A stretch of DNA of 64,000 bases from Candidatus Onthoplasma sp. (GTDB taxonomy: Bacteria > Bacillota > Clostridia > Christensenellales > UBA1242), in assembly GCA_045633705.1 (NCBI GenBank), contig JAZQYV010000005.1:24561-88560 (forward strand), in the 5' to 3' direction. This document shows, one piece after another, positions 52,918-61,714 of this stretch; the first letter of the stretch is position 1, and every line of letters begins with the position of its first letter. Made by a program: the position numbers and the translations under genes. Under the pieces are notes generated by a model. It did not search any database, had not been told where the DNA came from, and saw nothing but the letters and a program-made list of their open reading frames with translations.

Positions 52918-54198
52918 ATGTCCAAATTTGACTATATGGCTGAAGGCGAATTAAATTCACAATATTTGTTAGATTTGTTAAATGATTATCTTGATAAAAT
53001 TGAGCAGGCAAATGATATTAAGGGTATTGTTGAAGATAATTTCAACATAAACACCAAAGCAAATAAATTTGTTAGATTTTTTAAAGATAGATTTAAGCGT
53101 ATAAAATTTACTTTTACACATAAAGCATTACTGGAAAACTATAATAAAGTTTTGGTAAGTGAACATATAAAAAACATTAAAGAAAAAATCGCAATATTTT
53201 TACAAACCAATGTGCTTGAACCTAGACAAATTGTGCAATTAAAAAGTACTTTGACTGCAATTAAATTTAATATAGTTTTGCCAGAAATTGACGAGTATAG
53301 GCACAAGGGAATAAAACAAGCGCGCAAACGCCTTTTAACATGTTTAAATGACATTAAATACTTAAAAAATGCAAGCATTGACCACATATTATTCAACTCT
53401 CCTGTTAGAGATTTAAAGCCATTTATGAGCAATAAAGTAACTATGCATAAATTAAATATAAAAGAGTTGAGTAAGCTTGTTAAACAATTTATCGACACAA
53501 AGTGTGAAGAATTAAATTATTTCGAAATTGATGAAGTTGAACCTACATTTAAGGCAAAGCCGGAAGACTTTTATGCGGAAAGTATAATTGAAAATGGTAT
53601 TGGCGCTGAAGTTGAAGAGTTTATCCGCGATAAGATGGAAGATAAGTTTGAGATATTAAACCAAGAAGACCAATTACCGGAAGTAACGGCAATTAAGATT
53701 GACGCAATAAATAAATCGTTAAAAAAATTGAAGTTATTAAAGATTGAACAAATGATGCAAAAATGGGTTGAGTATAAAACCAACATTGCTCATGTAAAAG
53801 AAGTTGTAGACAATTGTAAAGAACTGATTAATTCTTCAACCTTAGCTAATAAGAAAAATATTTTCTTAATTATGGATAATTTGTATTATAAATTAACCAC
53901 CAAATGCGACCAACTACAAGGACAGATTAAATTAAAATTGCAACTTGTAGACAAGCAAAAAGTATTTGCAATGATAGAGTCTATGGACGAGATGGATAAA
54001 AACTCTGCAAGCGATGATGAATTTGAAACATTATCCATTCCTCAACGAAAAGGTAACATAAACAACAAGGCATATGCTAGTAAGGGTATAGCTTCAAATT
54101 TATATGATGATGAAGATGAACAACATGAAATTCATATTTCTGAGGATGACACTGATAGTGAGGCCGAAGAAGAAATTGTGATAGATGATAAAAATTAA
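52918..54198 (+). CDS. Hypothetical helical protein with acidic tail
   Basis: 426 aa ORF with AGGGGG RBS; D/E-rich C-terminus. Confidence 0.75.
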   Translation: MSKFDYMAEGELNSQYLLDLLNDYLDKIEQANDIKGIVEDNFNINTKANKFVRFFKDRFKRIKFTFTHKALLENYNKVLVSEHIKNIKEKIAIFLQTNVLEPRQIVQLKSTLTAIKFNIVLPEIDEYRHKGIKQARKRLLTCLNDIKYLKNASIDHILFNSPVRDLKPFMSNKVTMHKLNIKELSKLVKQFIDTKCEELNYFEIDEVEPTFKAKPEDFYAESIIENGIGAEVEEFIRDKMEDKFEILNQEDQLPEVTAIKIDAINKSLKKLKLLKIEQMMQKWVEYKTNIAHVKEVVDNCKELINSSTLANKKNIFLIMDNLYYKLTTKCDQLQGQIKLKLQLVDKQKVFAMIESMDEMDKNSASDDEFETLSIPQRKGNINNKAYASKGIASNLYDDEDEQHEIHISEDDTDSEAEEEIVIDDKN

Positions 54199-54290
54199 AA
54201 TTATTTAGCAATCACTAAAATTTTATTGCCAAAAATTAAATTAAATGCTAAAATATAGTAAATGATTGGTTGGTTTATCCAGCCAAGCAT

Positions 54291-54366
54291 GCTACTGTGG
54301 CTCAGTTGGTAGAGCAGCTGATTCGTAATCAGCAGGTCGGCGGTTCGATCCCGCCCAGTAGCTCCA
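54291..54366 (+). tRNA. tRNA-Thr(CGT)
   Basis: Cloverleaf, anticodon loop TTCGTAA, TTCGA, CCA end. Confidence 0.95.
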
Positions 54367-54388
54367 AATTTTATTAAAGGGGAGATAT

Positions 54389-55063
54389 ATGGGAAGAGGA
54401 AGTAGTTCTGGCGGTGGTAGCCGAGGATTTAGTTCATCTAGCGGAAGAGGATGGTCTTCATCAAGTAGAGGGCGTGGTGGTTCTCACACAACAGTTATAA
54501 TAGGAGGCACGCGTTATTATGGTGGTAGTGGCTCTGTTTCGCCACTAGCGGCGGCTATTATTTGTATTTTTGTTACACTTATTATTTTTGTTCTAGGAAT
54601 ATTTTTAATTGTTAATAACTTCGGGTATGGCACAGTACAAGGAACGGCGGTGTCAAATCGAGATGCAGGATTTTACTATTATACTACATATACTTACCAA
54701 ATCAATGGTCAACCGTATGTTGAAGAAAGCGAGACTGGCTGGGAACTTCCAGAAGAGATTGGCAAAAGTGTAAAGTTGTATTATGAAAAAGATGACCCAA
54801 CTAGCATCACAGAAGAAAATCCTAAAGTGCCAGCATTTGCAATTATAATCCTATTTGCAATAGGCGGAGCTTTTGCGGTAGGTGCGGTTTGTGCAATAAA
54901 GAGTTATGTTAACCGTTCAAACAATAGCGAATCTTCGAATGATTCGGATGAAGATATAAACTCTGGTTCGCCAAAAGGAAATACACAAACTCGATGCTCG
55001 TACTGTGGCTCTAAACACAATGCTCAAGGAGCATGTCCAAGTTGTGGTGCCAACAACGACTAA
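54389..55063 (+). CDS. 2-TM protein with Gly/Ser/Arg-rich N-terminus, DUF3592-like middle and C-terminal Zn ribbon
   Basis: MGRGSSSGGGSRG...; TM; YTYQING..IGKSVKLYY..DP; TM; CSYCG..CPSCG. Confidence 0.75.
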   Translation: MGRGSSSGGGSRGFSSSSGRGWSSSSRGRGGSHTTVIIGGTRYYGGSGSVSPLAAAIICIFVTLIIFVLGIFLIVNNFGYGTVQGTAVSNRDAGFYYYTTYTYQINGQPYVEESETGWELPEEIGKSVKLYYEKDDPTSITEENPKVPAFAIIILFAIGGAFAVGAVCAIKSYVNRSNNSESSNDSDEDINSGSPKGNTQTRCSYCGSKHNAQGACPSCGANND

Positions 55064-55262
55064 TACTTAATTTATTGTTAGCAAGCTAATCAGCATAAAG
55101 ATTAGCTTGTTTTTATTTGAATTTTTAAAATATTAAGGCGGTAAGCCAAAATAACTAAAGTTTCGACATTATTAGTTTAAAGACGGCATTTTATTGTATG
55201 TGTTTTATTTGGATTTATGGCGATTTAAGGGTAAAATGGTGCTAGTATATTAAGGAGGTAAA

Positions 55263-55598
55263 ATGACGGCAGATAAAAAATCAGGGGTTTTGTACAATAT
55301 GGCAAAACAAGCAAAACGCAGGATGAAAAACTTTAGCCAAGGAGGCATTAAAACATTGTCATATGCCAAACTGGCCAGTTCGGATAAAGACCAAATGCTA
55401 TACAAAAAGGTATGCAAAATGTTGCAAGAGGAACGCATTATTATAAACCCAATTAATGAGCTAGTTGATAAAAAATACTATGATACGCTTTCAGCTGAAA
55501 GTAAACAGCGTTACATATTAGACTTGTCTGATAAATATCGTGAGATGAAAGAACGTTACGACCGAGAGCATGCATTTTCTCGTGTATCGAATTATTAG
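55263..55598 (+). CDS. Hypothetical protein
   Basis: Perfect AAGGAGG RBS; downstream terminator; TTCGACA (Spo0A-box-like) at 55162. Confidence 0.8.
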   Translation: MTADKKSGVLYNMAKQAKRRMKNFSQGGIKTLSYAKLASSDKDQMLYKKVCKMLQEERIIINPINELVDKKYYDTLSAESKQRYILDLSDKYREMKERYDREHAFSRVSNY

Positions 55599-55736
55599 TA
55601 AATAAAAAAGCTATAACCTTTAAAGTTATAGTTTTTTGTTTTTAAATAGATATTTAATATTATTTTTTTAATTATTGGTTATATTTTAGTTGTCACAATT
55701 TTTTAAATGTGCTAAAATGCGTATAGGAGATTTTTT

Positions 55737-57056
55737 ATGATTTTTTGGGCTATATTTATTTATGTGTTTTTAATTCTTGCTATGAATATTGCTGTTGTTT
55801 GTTTGGAAACAGATTGCAAGAAGATTATTTTTTGGAACTTGATAGTAACAATTACATCAATTTTTGGATTTTTGGTTTACTTTATTTGGTTTTGTGATAA
55901 GCCAAAGCTTAAGAAGAGTATTAATACAAAGTTTGAAGAAGATGAAGTGTATAAAAATTTAGTTGAATTTTCAGTTGCAAAAACATCTTCTAACAATGAA
56001 ACTCTTAATTTTAATAAGAGGCATTATTCTGCTGAAATTTTTAAAAACAACAATATTAAAGTGCTTGATAGCCACGAGCAATTTATTAATAATTTGACTG
56101 CGGATTTGGATAAGGCGGCAAATTATATTATTATTGTTAATGAAAAGTTCTTAGATGGCTTTGGCGGCGATAATATTATTGCGCTACTTAAGGAAAAACA
56201 CGCAATGGGCGTTGATGTTAAATATGTATATGGAAGTGTGAAGTTTAAAAATCGCAAAATTTTAAAAGACCTTGTGCAAAGTGGGATAAGAATTTGTAGA
56301 TTTAACAAATTTGATAAATTTAACCGATATTACAAAAATGCAAAAGACATAATATCTATTGATGGCGAAAGCGCTTATATTTATAGCTCGTTGCAACGAA
56401 AAAATGCCGACAAGCCAATAAGCTATTCTAATCTATATTACAAGCTAACAGGCGAAATTGTAAAGAGTATTGATATTGATTGTCACTTAGATGTTACATA
56501 TGCAACCCATAAGTTTTATGACATGCAAAAGAAAGAGTTTTTGCCTAATGGCGAGATTGAAATGCAATATGTATCAAGCGTTGCAGATAAGGATTTTGAA
56601 GGCTTATTTTTAAAAGCAATTAACGATGCCAAAAAGCGCATAGTAATACATATACATAAGTTTGTTCCAACGCCGGCCATTAAGCAAGCGTTGCAAATGG
56701 CAATTTTGTCGGGCATTGACGTTAGGATAATGCTATCTAAAGCAAATTGCTCAATAAGTTATTATTCGTCACGTGCATATTTAAAGGAAATGGCTATGTA
56801 TGGGGCAACAGCATACATTTATGATGGTATGATAGGTTCTAATTTTATTGTAATTGATAATTTAACCTATGTTGGCAATCTTTCGTTGGTTAATCTTGAA
56901 ATTAGAAACAACTTGCAAAATGCATTGATAATTAATAACGTTGATTTTGCAAACAAAACATTGGCATATTTTAATGATATGATTAACAACAGCTACCGCA
57001 TATGCAAACCTAAAAATGTTCTATTCAAAGAAAAAATATTTAAAAAATTCAACTAG
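55737..57056 (+). CDS. Cardiolipin synthase-like protein with degenerate HKD motifs
   Basis: PLDc_N-like 2-TM N-terminus and two PLD-like halves; catalytic H/K replaced in both. Confidence 0.75.
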   Translation: MIFWAIFIYVFLILAMNIAVVCLETDCKKIIFWNLIVTITSIFGFLVYFIWFCDKPKLKKSINTKFEEDEVYKNLVEFSVAKTSSNNETLNFNKRHYSAEIFKNNNIKVLDSHEQFINNLTADLDKAANYIIIVNEKFLDGFGGDNIIALLKEKHAMGVDVKYVYGSVKFKNRKILKDLVQSGIRICRFNKFDKFNRYYKNAKDIISIDGESAYIYSSLQRKNADKPISYSNLYYKLTGEIVKSIDIDCHLDVTYATHKFYDMQKKEFLPNGEIEMQYVSSVADKDFEGLFLKAINDAKKRIVIHIHKFVPTPAIKQALQMAILSGIDVRIMLSKANCSISYYSSRAYLKEMAMYGATAYIYDGMIGSNFIVIDNLTYVGNLSLVNLEIRNNLQNALIINNVDFANKTLAYFNDMINNSYRICKPKNVLFKEKIFKKFN

Positions 57057-57182
57057 GTGCGTGGCGCACTGCCAATAAAGTAAATGCACCGATTGAAATT
57101 GCAAGGTGTATTTATTTTTGCGGTATATACTAGATATAATAAAGAGTTAAGATAGTTACATAAAAATAAAAAAGGAAAAGAA

Positions 57183-58025
57183 ATGATACCAAAATTTGGA
57201 GTTGCGGGTGTGCCTGTAAATTATAAAGGCAAACCGAAAGATTTTTATGATTGGCTAAAGGGTATGAATTTGAATGCGTACGAAATTCAATGTACTTTTG
57301 GCTTCAAGATGAGTGACAAAAATAAAGAGCTTGTTTTAAAAGCTCAACAAGACGGTTTTTATATAAGCATGCACGGACCCTATTATATTAATCTTGGAAG
57401 TGTAAACGGGCAGGTTGTAGAGCGCAGTATTGACATATTAACCAAAGGTGTGGAGCTTGCTAAAAGCGTTAATTGCAATCGCATTATTTTCCACCCAGGC
57501 GGTGGCCATGAAAACACTGAAGAAGGCAGAGCTCAGGCGATTAAACGCATAATAAATCATTTAAACAGCATATCATCAAGCATTGATATGGGAGATGTGC
57601 GATTTTACCCGGAAATTGGCGGAAAAACAGCCAATTTAGGCTCGTTAGATGAAATTATTGAAATATGTAAAAATTGTCAATATGCCTATCCTTGTATTGA
57701 CATTGCACATCTTCATGCGCGTGAAGTTGGTTCAATTACATCAAAGGACATTTTAAGGGCAAAATTAGAGCATTTAAAGCAAGAGTTGCCTGATAAGTTT
57801 AACAAAGTTCATTTCCACGCCTATACAATCAATTATGGAGATAAGGGCGAAATTAAACACTTAGTGCATGGAGAAAATATGCCGGATGGAAGTGAAGGGT
57901 TGCCAAATCTTGATTGGTTTGTAGAATTGTTGCACGAAATGAATATTGAACCTTGGGTTATCAGTGAGGCTAGCGATAGTCAAGAACAGGGTGCAAAATA
58001 TATGCGAGATAAGTATTTTGAGTAA
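57183..58025 (+). CDS. Endonuclease IV-like TIM-barrel protein
   Basis: HGPYYINL, FHPG, E..GK, DIAHLHAR, HFH, GE..H and ISE metal ligands. Confidence 0.85.
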   Translation: MIPKFGVAGVPVNYKGKPKDFYDWLKGMNLNAYEIQCTFGFKMSDKNKELVLKAQQDGFYISMHGPYYINLGSVNGQVVERSIDILTKGVELAKSVNCNRIIFHPGGGHENTEEGRAQAIKRIINHLNSISSSIDMGDVRFYPEIGGKTANLGSLDEIIEICKNCQYAYPCIDIAHLHAREVGSITSKDILRAKLEHLKQELPDKFNKVHFHAYTINYGDKGEIKHLVHGENMPDGSEGLPNLDWFVELLHEMNIEPWVISEASDSQEQGAKYMRDKYFE

Positions 58026-58034
58026 AATATATTT

Positions 58035-58865
58035 ATGGAAAAGTTAGAGTTTAAAGTAACTGAAAAAAGAGATTTAGGCAAGGAGTTAAGAAAGCGATTG
58101 CCCCTTTTTTCTAATTATCAAATAGAAAAGTTGTTTAAAAATAAAGATATAAAGGTTAATGGTGTTAGAAAAACAAAACCTTGTAAACTTGAGCCAAATG
58201 ATATTGTAGAAGTTTATTATCAAGGAGTAAACGACGAGCCTTGGTTTAGTATTGTGTTTGAAGACGATAATATAGCAATTGTAAATAAGCGCGCCGGGAT
58301 TGAAGTGGTAAGTGAAGATGACCGCAACCTACTAGACGTGTTAAAAATGCAATATCGAGAGCTTTATGCTGTTCATCGCATTGACCGAAATACTGAAGGC
58401 CTTGTCATATTTGCAAAAAATGAAATTGCAGAAACTGAATTGTTAAAAGCCTTTAAAGAGCGCACTATTATTAAGAAATATGCTTTAAAAGTTAAAGGCA
58501 AGGTTCAAATTGAGGCAATTAAGCATAAACTATATTTGAAGAAGCTTGCAGATGCATCAAAAGTGATTGTATCAGAGGTTAAAACTAGTGGCTACGAAGA
58601 GATTGTAACACGCTTTAATTTAATCAAATATGAAGACAATAACACTATTCTTGAAGCAGAACTTGTTACTGGCAAAACTCATCAAATACGTGCGCATATT
58701 TCATACTTTGGCCACCCTATAATAGGCGATGGCAAATATGGTGTGGGAGATAATCAGCAAATGTGCTTAACAGCATATTATATACAGTTTAAATTTGGTA
58801 AAAAATCAGTGCTAGAATATTTGAATGACAAATCGTTTGAAATACTTCCAACGTGGTGGAATTAA
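58035..58865 (+). CDS. RluA-family pseudouridine synthase
   Basis: HRIDRNTEG, TGKTHQIRAH and PIIGDGKYG. Confidence 0.92.
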   Translation: MEKLEFKVTEKRDLGKELRKRLPLFSNYQIEKLFKNKDIKVNGVRKTKPCKLEPNDIVEVYYQGVNDEPWFSIVFEDDNIAIVNKRAGIEVVSEDDRNLLDVLKMQYRELYAVHRIDRNTEGLVIFAKNEIAETELLKAFKERTIIKKYALKVKGKVQIEAIKHKLYLKKLADASKVIVSEVKTSGYEEIVTRFNLIKYEDNNTILEAELVTGKTHQIRAHISYFGHPIIGDGKYGVGDNQQMCLTAYYIQFKFGKKSVLEYLNDKSFEILPTWWN

Positions 58866-58914
58866 CTTCTTTAAACTTGACAAAAGACTATAAATATATT
58901 ATAATACTTGCATT

Positions 58915-59418
58915 ATGAAAGAAGATTTGATTAAATTTCCAAGCGATAAAGATATTGAAAAGTATATGAAAAATTGTATATACAAATTTAATTTATCCGA
59001 AGTGATTGATAAAATGCCAATCACCGCCAAAAATGACAAACAGATTTTGTTATACAAAACGTTTCCAAAAGATAAAGCAAGGTGCCGTTATTATATTATT
59101 GATATGAGTGGGCAAATTTTAGGTGTGATTGGGGCACACATTTTAGGTGAATCCGCATCATTAGATGCTGAAATATTGCCAGATTTTAGAAACTGTGGTG
59201 TTGGGGTGTCTGCGGTTAACGCTATTGAAAGAGATATTTTTGAATCTAGTGATGAAAGATTTAGCAAAATTAATTCACTAATAATTGAAACAATCCACGC
59301 CCCAGCTATTTCGGTTGCAAAAAAATGCGGCTTTAAGAGCGATTATAAGTATTTATATGTTTTAACGAAATCTGATTATTTTGCACAAAAAAATCAATGT
59401 GATAAAACGTTACTATAG
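58915..59418 (+). CDS. GNAT family acetyltransferase-like protein
   Basis: ILPDFRNCGVG motif A and AKKCGF; perfect TTGACA(58877)-17-TATAAT promoter. Confidence 0.65.
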   Translation: MKEDLIKFPSDKDIEKYMKNCIYKFNLSEVIDKMPITAKNDKQILLYKTFPKDKARCRYYIIDMSGQILGVIGAHILGESASLDAEILPDFRNCGVGVSAVNAIERDIFESSDERFSKINSLIIETIHAPAISVAKKCGFKSDYKYLYVLTKSDYFAQKNQCDKTLL

Positions 59419-59546
59419 TTATATAAAATAATAGTAAAGCAAAAATTAAATTATAGTAGGGCAGCAATGCTCTATTTTTTTTGGTTAAAAAGATTTTTGA
59501 AAGATACAAAGATTTATCTAAACAAAAATATACTATTGGCAATATT

Positions 59547-59703
59547 GTGGCACGACTAGGTGCAAATAGAGAATAAGTATGGTAAACTACGCGAAACAAA
59601 CTCTAACGAGTTTTAAAATGCTAAAGCATTTAGTGGCAATAGATGCCATATTTCGCAAGTTTTGAATTACGTCAGAAATTATTAAATGCCACTAAAGTGC
59701 CGC
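59547..59703. ncRNA. Candidate structured non-coding RNA (unassigned)
   Basis: Closing stem GTGGCAC/GTGCCGC, central A-rich bubble, inner GCGAAA/TTTCGC stem enclosing three mini-hairpins. Confidence 0.45.
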
Positions 59704-60042
59704 TTATAATTTCTTCCTAAATTATAAAATAAGATTAATTATGATAAAATTAGGCTAATTGTGGTTGTTTTGCGAATAGATGCAAACAGAAAATATATAT
59801 AAAAACACATGTAAGCGTAGAAATCTTTAAAAAATATAATAAAAAGTATGGGAAAGCTGTAAAATTAATTGACATTTGAGGTGAGATGGGGTAATATATA
59901 CAAGGAATCGAAAGATTGCATATAATGATATATATATTTGTACAAAAAACTTAAAAATTTTAAAATTATTTAAAAAATTTGTAAAAAATAGTTGACATTG
60001 TGTTAAATTTATAGTATCATAAATAAGTCAGCATATGAATAG

Positions 60043-60118
60043 CGGGGTGTAGCGCAGTTGGTAGCGCACGTGGTTTGGGACCATGGGGCCGGGAGTTCGA
60101 GTCTCTTCACCCCGACCA
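60043..60118 (+). tRNA. tRNA-Pro(TGG)
   Basis: CGGGGTG acceptor, loop TTTGGGA, CCA. Confidence 0.96.
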
Positions 60119-60126
60119 TCTCATTT

Positions 60127-60203
60127 GGACCTTTAGCTCAGTTGGTTAGAGCAACCGGCTCATAACCGGTCGGTCCGCGGTTCGAGTCCGTGAAGGTCCA
60201 CCA
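60127..60203 (+). tRNA. tRNA-Ile2/Met(CAT), probably Ile2
   Basis: Anticodon loop CTCATAA; GGACCTT acceptor typical of Firmicute tRNA-Ile2. Confidence 0.9.
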
Positions 60204-60260
60204 TTTAATTTATTTAATGGTTTAAATGAGAATATAAATGCTGAAAATCAAGGCAAATAT

Positions 60261-60337
60261 GGCCCGGTAGCTCAGTTGGTTAGAGCGCCAGCCTGTCACG
60301 CTGGAGGTCGAGAGTTCGAGCCTCTTCCGGGTCGCCA
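60261..60337 (+). tRNA. tRNA-Asp(GTC)
   Basis: Loop CTGTCAC, GCCA end. Confidence 0.96.
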
Positions 60338-60339
60338 AT

Positions 60340-60415
60340 GCCTCGATAGCTCAGTCGGTAGAGCAAAGGACTGAAAATCCTTGTGTCGTTGGTTCGATTC
60401 CGACTCGAGGCACCA
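60340..60415 (+). tRNA. tRNA-Phe(GAA)
   Basis: Loop CTGAAAA, ACCA end. Confidence 0.96.
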
Positions 60416-60468
60416 ATCACAAGATTTTCAAATCGAGTGCAGGACTAATACCGAATAGTCCTAAATAT

Positions 60469-60543
60469 GCTAGTGTGGCTCAACGGTAGAGCAGCTGACT
60501 TGTAATCAGCAGGTTGGGGGTTCGATTCCCTTCACTAGCTCCA
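60469..60543 (+). tRNA. tRNA-Thr(TGT)
   Basis: Loop CTTGTAA, TCCA end. Confidence 0.96.
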
Positions 60544-60547
60544 ACAT

Positions 60548-60633
60548 GGGAAGATTGCAGAGCGGCCAAATGCTACGGACTGTAAATCCGTCGTCTTATG
60601 ACTTCGATGGTTCGAATCCATCTCTTCCCACCA
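60548..60633 (+). tRNA. tRNA-Tyr(GTA)
   Basis: Loop CTGTAAA, long variable arm, ACCA end. Confidence 0.96.
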
Positions 60634-60634
60634 A

Positions 60635-60678
60635 GTTAATAAAAATAAGAGGTTGTGATGCCTCTTATTTTTATTAAC
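60635..60678 (+). terminator. Terminator hairpin after the tRNA operon
   Basis: GTTAATAAAAATAAGAGG / CCTCTTATTTTTATTAAC perfect 18-bp IR. Confidence 0.8.
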
Positions 60679-60679
60679 A

Positions 60680-60845
60680 ATGATATGTCCGTTGGACATG
60701 ATATGGCTTAGGCAATGATATATTTGCAAGCAAATATGATATGTTGCTTGTTGCAACATGGAGGACATGTCATATCATTTTGCCTAATGGCAAAATATCA
60801 TTTGATTAAATCAAATATCATTATGAACGTAGTGAATAATATCAT
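60680..60845. repeat. Symmetric ATGATAT x4 / ATATCAT x4 ladder with interspersed mini-hairpins
   Basis: ATGATAT at 60680, 60698, 60715, 60736; ATATCAT at 60772, 60795, 60815, 60839; spacers largely self-complementary. Confidence 0.9.
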
Positions 60846-60898
60846 CAAAATTGCATTAAATTATTGTAATATGCTTAATTTTATGATATAATATGGAT

Positions 60899-61243
60899 AT
60901 GAAAGATAATATATTATTAGAAAAATCAAAAGAGTTTGCGATTGAAATTATAAATTTATGCGATAATATAAAAAATTGCTCCATTATAACTAATCAATTA
61001 TCAAGAAGTGGAACAAGTATTGGCGCAAATATTCACGAAGCACAATATGCGCATGGTAAAGCAGACTTTATTGCCAAACTTGAAATTGCATTAAAGGAAT
61101 GTAGCGAAACAGAGTACTGGTTAGAACTTTTAGTAAAAACTCAAAAAATAAATGAAAAAGTTTTTAAAGATTTAAAGAATGACGCTGGAAGCATTAGGAG
61201 AATATTAATCAAATCTTGTACAACAGCAAAAGATAATAAGTAA
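60899..61243 (+). CDS. Four-helix-bundle protein (TIGR02436 / 23S rRNA IVP / Avd-like fold)
   Basis: KS..FA..II, QLSRSGTSIGANIHEA, DFIAKLEIALKE..ETEYWLELL; TTGTAA-17-TATAAT (with TG extension) ends 6 nt before ATG 60899 (alternative start 60893). Confidence 0.9.
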   Translation: MKDNILLEKSKEFAIEIINLCDNIKNCSIITNQLSRSGTSIGANIHEAQYAHGKADFIAKLEIALKECSETEYWLELLVKTQKINEKVFKDLKNDAGSIRRILIKSCTTAKDNK

Positions 61244-61260
61244 TTTAAAGGATAAGATAA

Positions 61261-61578
61261 ATGGATAGTAAAAAACTTATAGATCTAATCAAGTTAAAAG
61301 ATAAATATGCAATTGCTTTAATGGACTATTATATCGATAAAGGTGTTAATACAAAAGATTTGCAAAGATATATTGATAGTATATGTGATGAGTGGGCTAG
61401 AACTTTTATAGCAACGTATCACAATAACCTTACAGAAAAAGAGGTTCAAATAGCTATTTTTAGGTATTTAGATGGCATTGGAGCAAAACAATCACATTCT
61501 GGCAAACGTTTTAGTGAGGCATTGTATAGACAAATGCACAATTACGTAAATAATCAAAATTCGGAATTGTCTAAATAA
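61261..61578 (+). CDS. Hypothetical protein
   Basis: AAGGA RBS, 17 bp after the four-helix-bundle gene; 105 aa. Confidence 0.65.
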   Translation: MDSKKLIDLIKLKDKYAIALMDYYIDKGVNTKDLQRYIDSICDEWARTFIATYHNNLTEKEVQIAIFRYLDGIGAKQSHSGKRFSEALYRQMHNYVNNQNSELSK

Positions 61579-61628
61579 TTTTAAAATTTTGTTGACAATA
61601 CGGTTAAAGTGGAGTATAATAAAAATAT

Positions 61629-61658
61629 ATGAAGAAATGTTGCTGTAACTTAAAATAG
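61629..61658 (+). CDS. Putative cysS leader peptide MKKCCCNLK
   Basis: ATG AAG AAA TGT TGC TGT AAC TTA AAA TAG, 8 nt after a perfect TTGACA(61592)-17-TATAAT(61615) promoter. Confidence 0.7.
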   Translation: MKKCCCNLK

Positions 61659-61714
61659 ATTAGGTACAAGTATTTGTACACATTTTTGAGTGGTGCAATC
61701 AAGATTTAAATATC

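Noticed and set aside
57052-57135. Paired hairpins between the cls-like and endonuclease IV-like genes as an ncRNA
   Set aside because: Adequately explained as an intrinsic terminator (AAAGTAAATGCACC / GGTGTATTTATTTT); the ACTAGGTGC match to 59555 is too short to be meaningful.
60535-60768. 77-aa minus-strand ORF
   Set aside because: Antisense to tRNA-Tyr and the repeat ladder; WWEEMDSNHRS is a typical tRNA shadow translation.
60680-60845. CRISPR array interpretation of the ATGATAT ladder
   Set aside because: Repeats are only 7 bp, invert halfway, and have 10-17-nt self-complementary spacers; no cas genes are in the window.
60680-61578. Diversity-generating retroelement (Avd-like gene)
   Set aside because: No reverse transcriptase and no TR/VR pair are visible in the window.
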